20,000 bases of DNA. It comes from an uncultured virus (IMG/VR IMGVR_UViG_3300034989_000018). Lineage: Duplodnaviria; Heunggongvirae; Uroviricota; Caudoviricetes. Where the stretch lies: the IMG/VR virus record IMGVR_UViG_3300034989_000018; one strand, 5' to 3'. The translations under genes were made by a program, and so were the position numbers. The notes under the pieces were generated by a model, which saw nothing but the letters and a program-made list of their open reading frames with translations, was not told the origin of the DNA and did no database searches. Shown here piece after piece: positions 17,974 through 20,000 of the stretch (within the stretch, counting starts at the first letter, position 1; each line of letters opens with the position of its first letter).

Positions 17974-18360
17974 TTAATGATATTTCATTATGTACAAACA
18001 ACGATTTTTTAAATAATTCGTTATATAATATTCAAGTTCACAAAATGTTAAATCATAATTTTCAAATGTTTTTAAAAATTCATATTGAATATATATCCAT
18101 GACTTAACATATAATTTCTTGCCATTTATAGGATTTTTATAATCTATTGCATACATTGCCTTTAAATATTTACTATTATTATCATTAGTATCATATTTTA
18201 TTTGATTAGTCGGTATTACTTGACTATGGTTCAAATTGCTTTTGTATACTTTATATCCATTAGATATAAAAGAATTTTTGTATCTTCTTATATTATCACC
18301 ATCTGAAATATCAAATAACATTATTGTTTTCTTTGTTCTTAATTTATTTATTGTTTTCAT
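17974..18360 (-). CDS. Hypothetical protein
   Basis: Consensus leader. Confidence 0.8.
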   Translation of the reverse strand: MKTINKLRTKKTIMLFDISDGDNIRRYKNSFISNGYKVYKSNLNHSQVIPTNQIKYDTNDNNSKYLKAMYAIDYKNPINGKKLYVKSWIYIQYEFLKTFENYDLTFCELEYYITNYLKNRCLYIMKYH

Positions 18361-18438
18361 TTTTATTCTCCTTTATTTTAAGTCCAGTGGACTAGTAAAA
18401 AGCAATCACGCTTTGACACGTGATTACCTGGTATTAGT

Positions 18439-18891
18439 TTATTTATAATAATACATATTGTCTCTACATTTTTTAGATACATTTGGATATTTATTAAATT
18501 CAATCTTGAATGATAGATTATTATGTAATCTATCTAAATATTTCATATTATTTAGATAATAATATTTCATTTCCTGTTGATATAAGTGATTAAAACAATT
18601 GTAAATTAAGTTTAACTCTTGATAACTTAACTCGATATCTTCATTATGATTTTTTTTAACTTTCATATTTTGAAGATTAATATAATAATGATTACATGTT
18701 TTCTTATCATATACACTAAAATAATTTATATCTTTATATCTATTGCCTATCCTTAGTCTATATTTTTTACAATAAGCTATCTTAACTTTATTTGTATTAA
18801 TATACTTAATATCTTCTAAGTCCATTAATTCATTTTCAAAATCTATTTGGTTTAAAATACCTTTTTGTATTTGTTTTAATGTTTTTTTCAT
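18439..18891 (-). CDS. Hypothetical protein, paralog of 16989-17417
   Basis: End-to-end similarity, roughly half identical by eye. Confidence 0.85.
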   Translation of the reverse strand: MKKTLKQIQKGILNQIDFENELMDLEDIKYINTNKVKIAYCKKYRLRIGNRYKDINYFSVYDKKTCNHYYINLQNMKVKKNHNEDIELSYQELNLIYNCFNHLYQQEMKYYYLNNMKYLDRLHNNLSFKIEFNKYPNVSKKCRDNMYYYK

Positions 18892-18959
18892 ATTTTTTAT
18901 TCTCCTTGTTTTAAGTCACTAGGACTATTAGTAAAAAGCAATCACGCTTTGACACGTGA

Positions 18960-19142
18960 TTACTTGAATATATATACCGGGAAGCCTATCAATCTTAAAG
19001 CTTCTTTAGTAGTCTTTTGATATCTGGGGTATATCTCTATACCGTCAATTGATTGATTAAAATAATAATTACCCGATTTATATTTTTTTATGATGTAACT
19101 CTTATCGGGGTTATACTTATCAACTAAATATAATTTACTCAT
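18960..19142 (-). CDS. Small hypothetical protein
   Basis: AGGAGG RBS; TAA stop embedded in the first array hairpin. Confidence 0.75.
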   Translation of the reverse strand: MSKLYLVDKYNPDKSYIIKKYKSGNYYFNQSIDGIEIYPRYQKTTKEALRLIGFPVYIFK

Positions 19143-19153
19143 CTAATAACCTC

Positions 19154-19378
19154 CTATACTTTTATTATGACTGGCTTTTTACCGGTCAAATTAATTGTAT
19201 TCTCTATAGATGATAATAAAGCAGTATAATACATTGATTTGTGAAAACTCAAGTATTTGTTATTTTTACCGTAAATTACCTTTATTGTATTTCTGCCAAA
19301 TACCATCAATACAGGTATTTTAAAAACTCTATATCTTAATATCATCGCTTTTTGTATCATTCTTTTAATTTTAATCAT
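19154..19378 (-). CDS. Small basic hypothetical protein, first gene of the array
   Basis: Consensus AAGGAGAATAAAAAAC-ATG leader; rich in K and R. Confidence 0.75.
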   Translation of the reverse strand: MIKIKRMIQKAMILRYRVFKIPVLMVFGRNTIKVIYGKNNKYLSFHKSMYYTALLSSIENTINLTGKKPVIIKV

Positions 19379-19419
19379 GTTTTTTATTCTCCTTTAATTT
19401 TTATAGATTATTATTATTT

Positions 19420-19826
19420 AATAGGTATAAAGGAATTGAACCTTTATTAAAGCACCAGCTACCACGATTTTTTTACATTCTTATGTCTGCTAGGGACTAT
19501 CAAAAACCAAATTAACCCGTTAATCCCTCATTATTATGTATTTTAGGAGAAAAATAAAAATTTACTACTACTAAATAAGTTTGATAGACATTGCCTGAGT
19601 TGGCCGAGAATTTGCCTTGTCATCCATATGATATGAATGACTAGAGTTTATTTAGTACTTGCTAGTTGTGTATCCACGATATATTGCTATGTATTCACCA
19701 GATGATCATCTGTCTTGTGGTTCACGCCCATTAGTCGTGGCCTACAAGTAAAGAGTATATTTTTTGTGACCGATATTTACTTTTCAATGTACTGAATGCT
19801 TTGCGTCAATGTATTGCCCCTTGACA
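19420..19826 (-). ncRNA. Putative structured non-coding leader RNA (~400 nt)
   Basis: No RBS-led ORF; visibly more G+C than the flanks; several nested helices; a GGTTCAATTCC T-loop-like hairpin at its 3' end; lies directly downstream of the strong promoter. Confidence 0.6.
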
Positions 19827-19883
19827 ATTATTATTATATTACACTAATTACACAATGTCAATACTTTTTTTGAAAAAATGTAA
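19825..19883 (-). promoter_or_regulatory. Perfect-consensus sigma70/sigmaA early promoter with UP element
   Basis: On the - strand: TTGACA (19861-19856), 17 bp, TATAAT (19838-19833); upstream TTTTTTCAAAAAAAG tract. Confidence 0.92.
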
Positions 19884-19904
19884 AAAATTTTATATCGCCG
19901 TTGT

Positions 19905-20000
19905 AATCTTTATTTTGAGGTTTTTTATTTCTTTTTTTTCAAAATTTTTTTTATTTTTTTTTATTTTTTTATATATAATGAAGAATAAAAAAAAATAAAA
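19905..20000. other. Low-complexity T/A homopolymer tracts
   Basis: Repeated T7-T9 runs separated by single A or C, then an A-run. Confidence 0.7.

Larger units (their letters stand above)
15601..18926. repeat. AGTC-N5-GACT short inverted repeat, 6 copies just upstream of RBSs
   Basis: AGTCCAGTGGACT at 15601, 16908, 17912 and 18381; AGTCACTAGGACT at 16562 and 18914. Confidence 0.88.
11724..18965 (-). repeat. Dispersed intergenic repeat family: about 14 hairpins, each between a stop codon and the next RBS
   Basis: Copies at 11724-11763, 12841-12866, 13531-13562, 13922-13953, 14808-14839, 15111-15140, 15623-15652, 16026-16051, 16586-16615, 16934-16961, 17459-17486, 17932-17959, 18402-18427 and 18936-18965. 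Five copies share the + strand core ATCACGCTTTGACACGTGAT. Confidence 0.92.

Noticed and set aside
10510..18448. Plus-strand ORFs at 10510, 11224, 13580, 14747, 15031, 15893, 16414 and 18236
   Set aside because: Antisense shadows of - strand genes with F/L/I-rich composition caused by AT bias, without RBSs.
12852..18954. TTGACA in the hairpin loops on the + strand as a series of antisense promoters
   Set aside because: A good -10 at 17 bp exists only for the 16599 copy (TATATT at 16622). The others are weak or absent, and several loops lack TTGACA while the stems remain paired.
11724..18965. CRISPR array interpretation of the repeats
   Set aside because: The repeats are separated by whole genes of roughly 250-1100 bp, their stems diverge in sequence, and no cas gene is visible.
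11724..18965. Classical integron attC sites
   Set aside because: No consistent RYYYAAC/GTTRRRY ends or extrahelical bases, the hairpins are too short, and there is no IntI in the window.
19420..19820. tmRNA or true tRNA (5' GGGGC near the TSS, 3' T-loop, ~400 nt)
   Set aside because: The 3' end cannot form an acceptor stem with GGGGC, there is no CCA, no tag frame ending in an ALAA-like sequence, and no cloverleaf.
19821..19861. Divergent + strand promoter from TTGACA at 19821
   Set aside because: No acceptable -10 at 16-18 bp; the hexamer is better explained as part of the leader's 5' hairpin.

Overview
Very AT-rich bacteriophage DNA with sigma70/sigmaA-type promoters and AAGGAG ribosome-binding sites. 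The host is probably a low-GC bacterium, but this cannot be fixed from sequence alone. Left half (+ strand, 1-10136): a replication/middle module with a SNF2-type helicase, a DUF2815/T7 gp2.5-like ssDNA-binding protein, a family B DNA polymerase, small hypotheticals (one MazG-like, one Zn-ribbon) and a membrane-anchored FtsK/SpoIIIE ATPase. Right half (- strand, about 10206-19378): a convergent array of more than 20 small, mostly unknown, early-type genes that includes a J-domain protein and a paralog pair. The array sits downstream of one perfect-consensus promoter (19833-19861) and a ~450-nt ORF-free, apparently structured leader ending in a tRNA T-arm-like motif. The most striking signal is that about 14 intergenic spacers share one architecture on the - strand: stop codon, then a 9-13 bp hairpin whose stem sequence varies but stays paired (mismatches nearly all G-U on the transcribed strand) with a conserved NGTCAAAG-like loop, then a T-rich tract, an optional AGTC-N5-GACT element, and a near-identical AAGGAGAATAAAAAA-ATG leader. 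This looks like a gene-by-gene cassette array with terminator-like RNA hairpins, possibly controlled by leader-RNA- or protein-dependent antitermination or RNA processing, and possibly shuffled by recombination. The mechanism is inference; no database searches were run.
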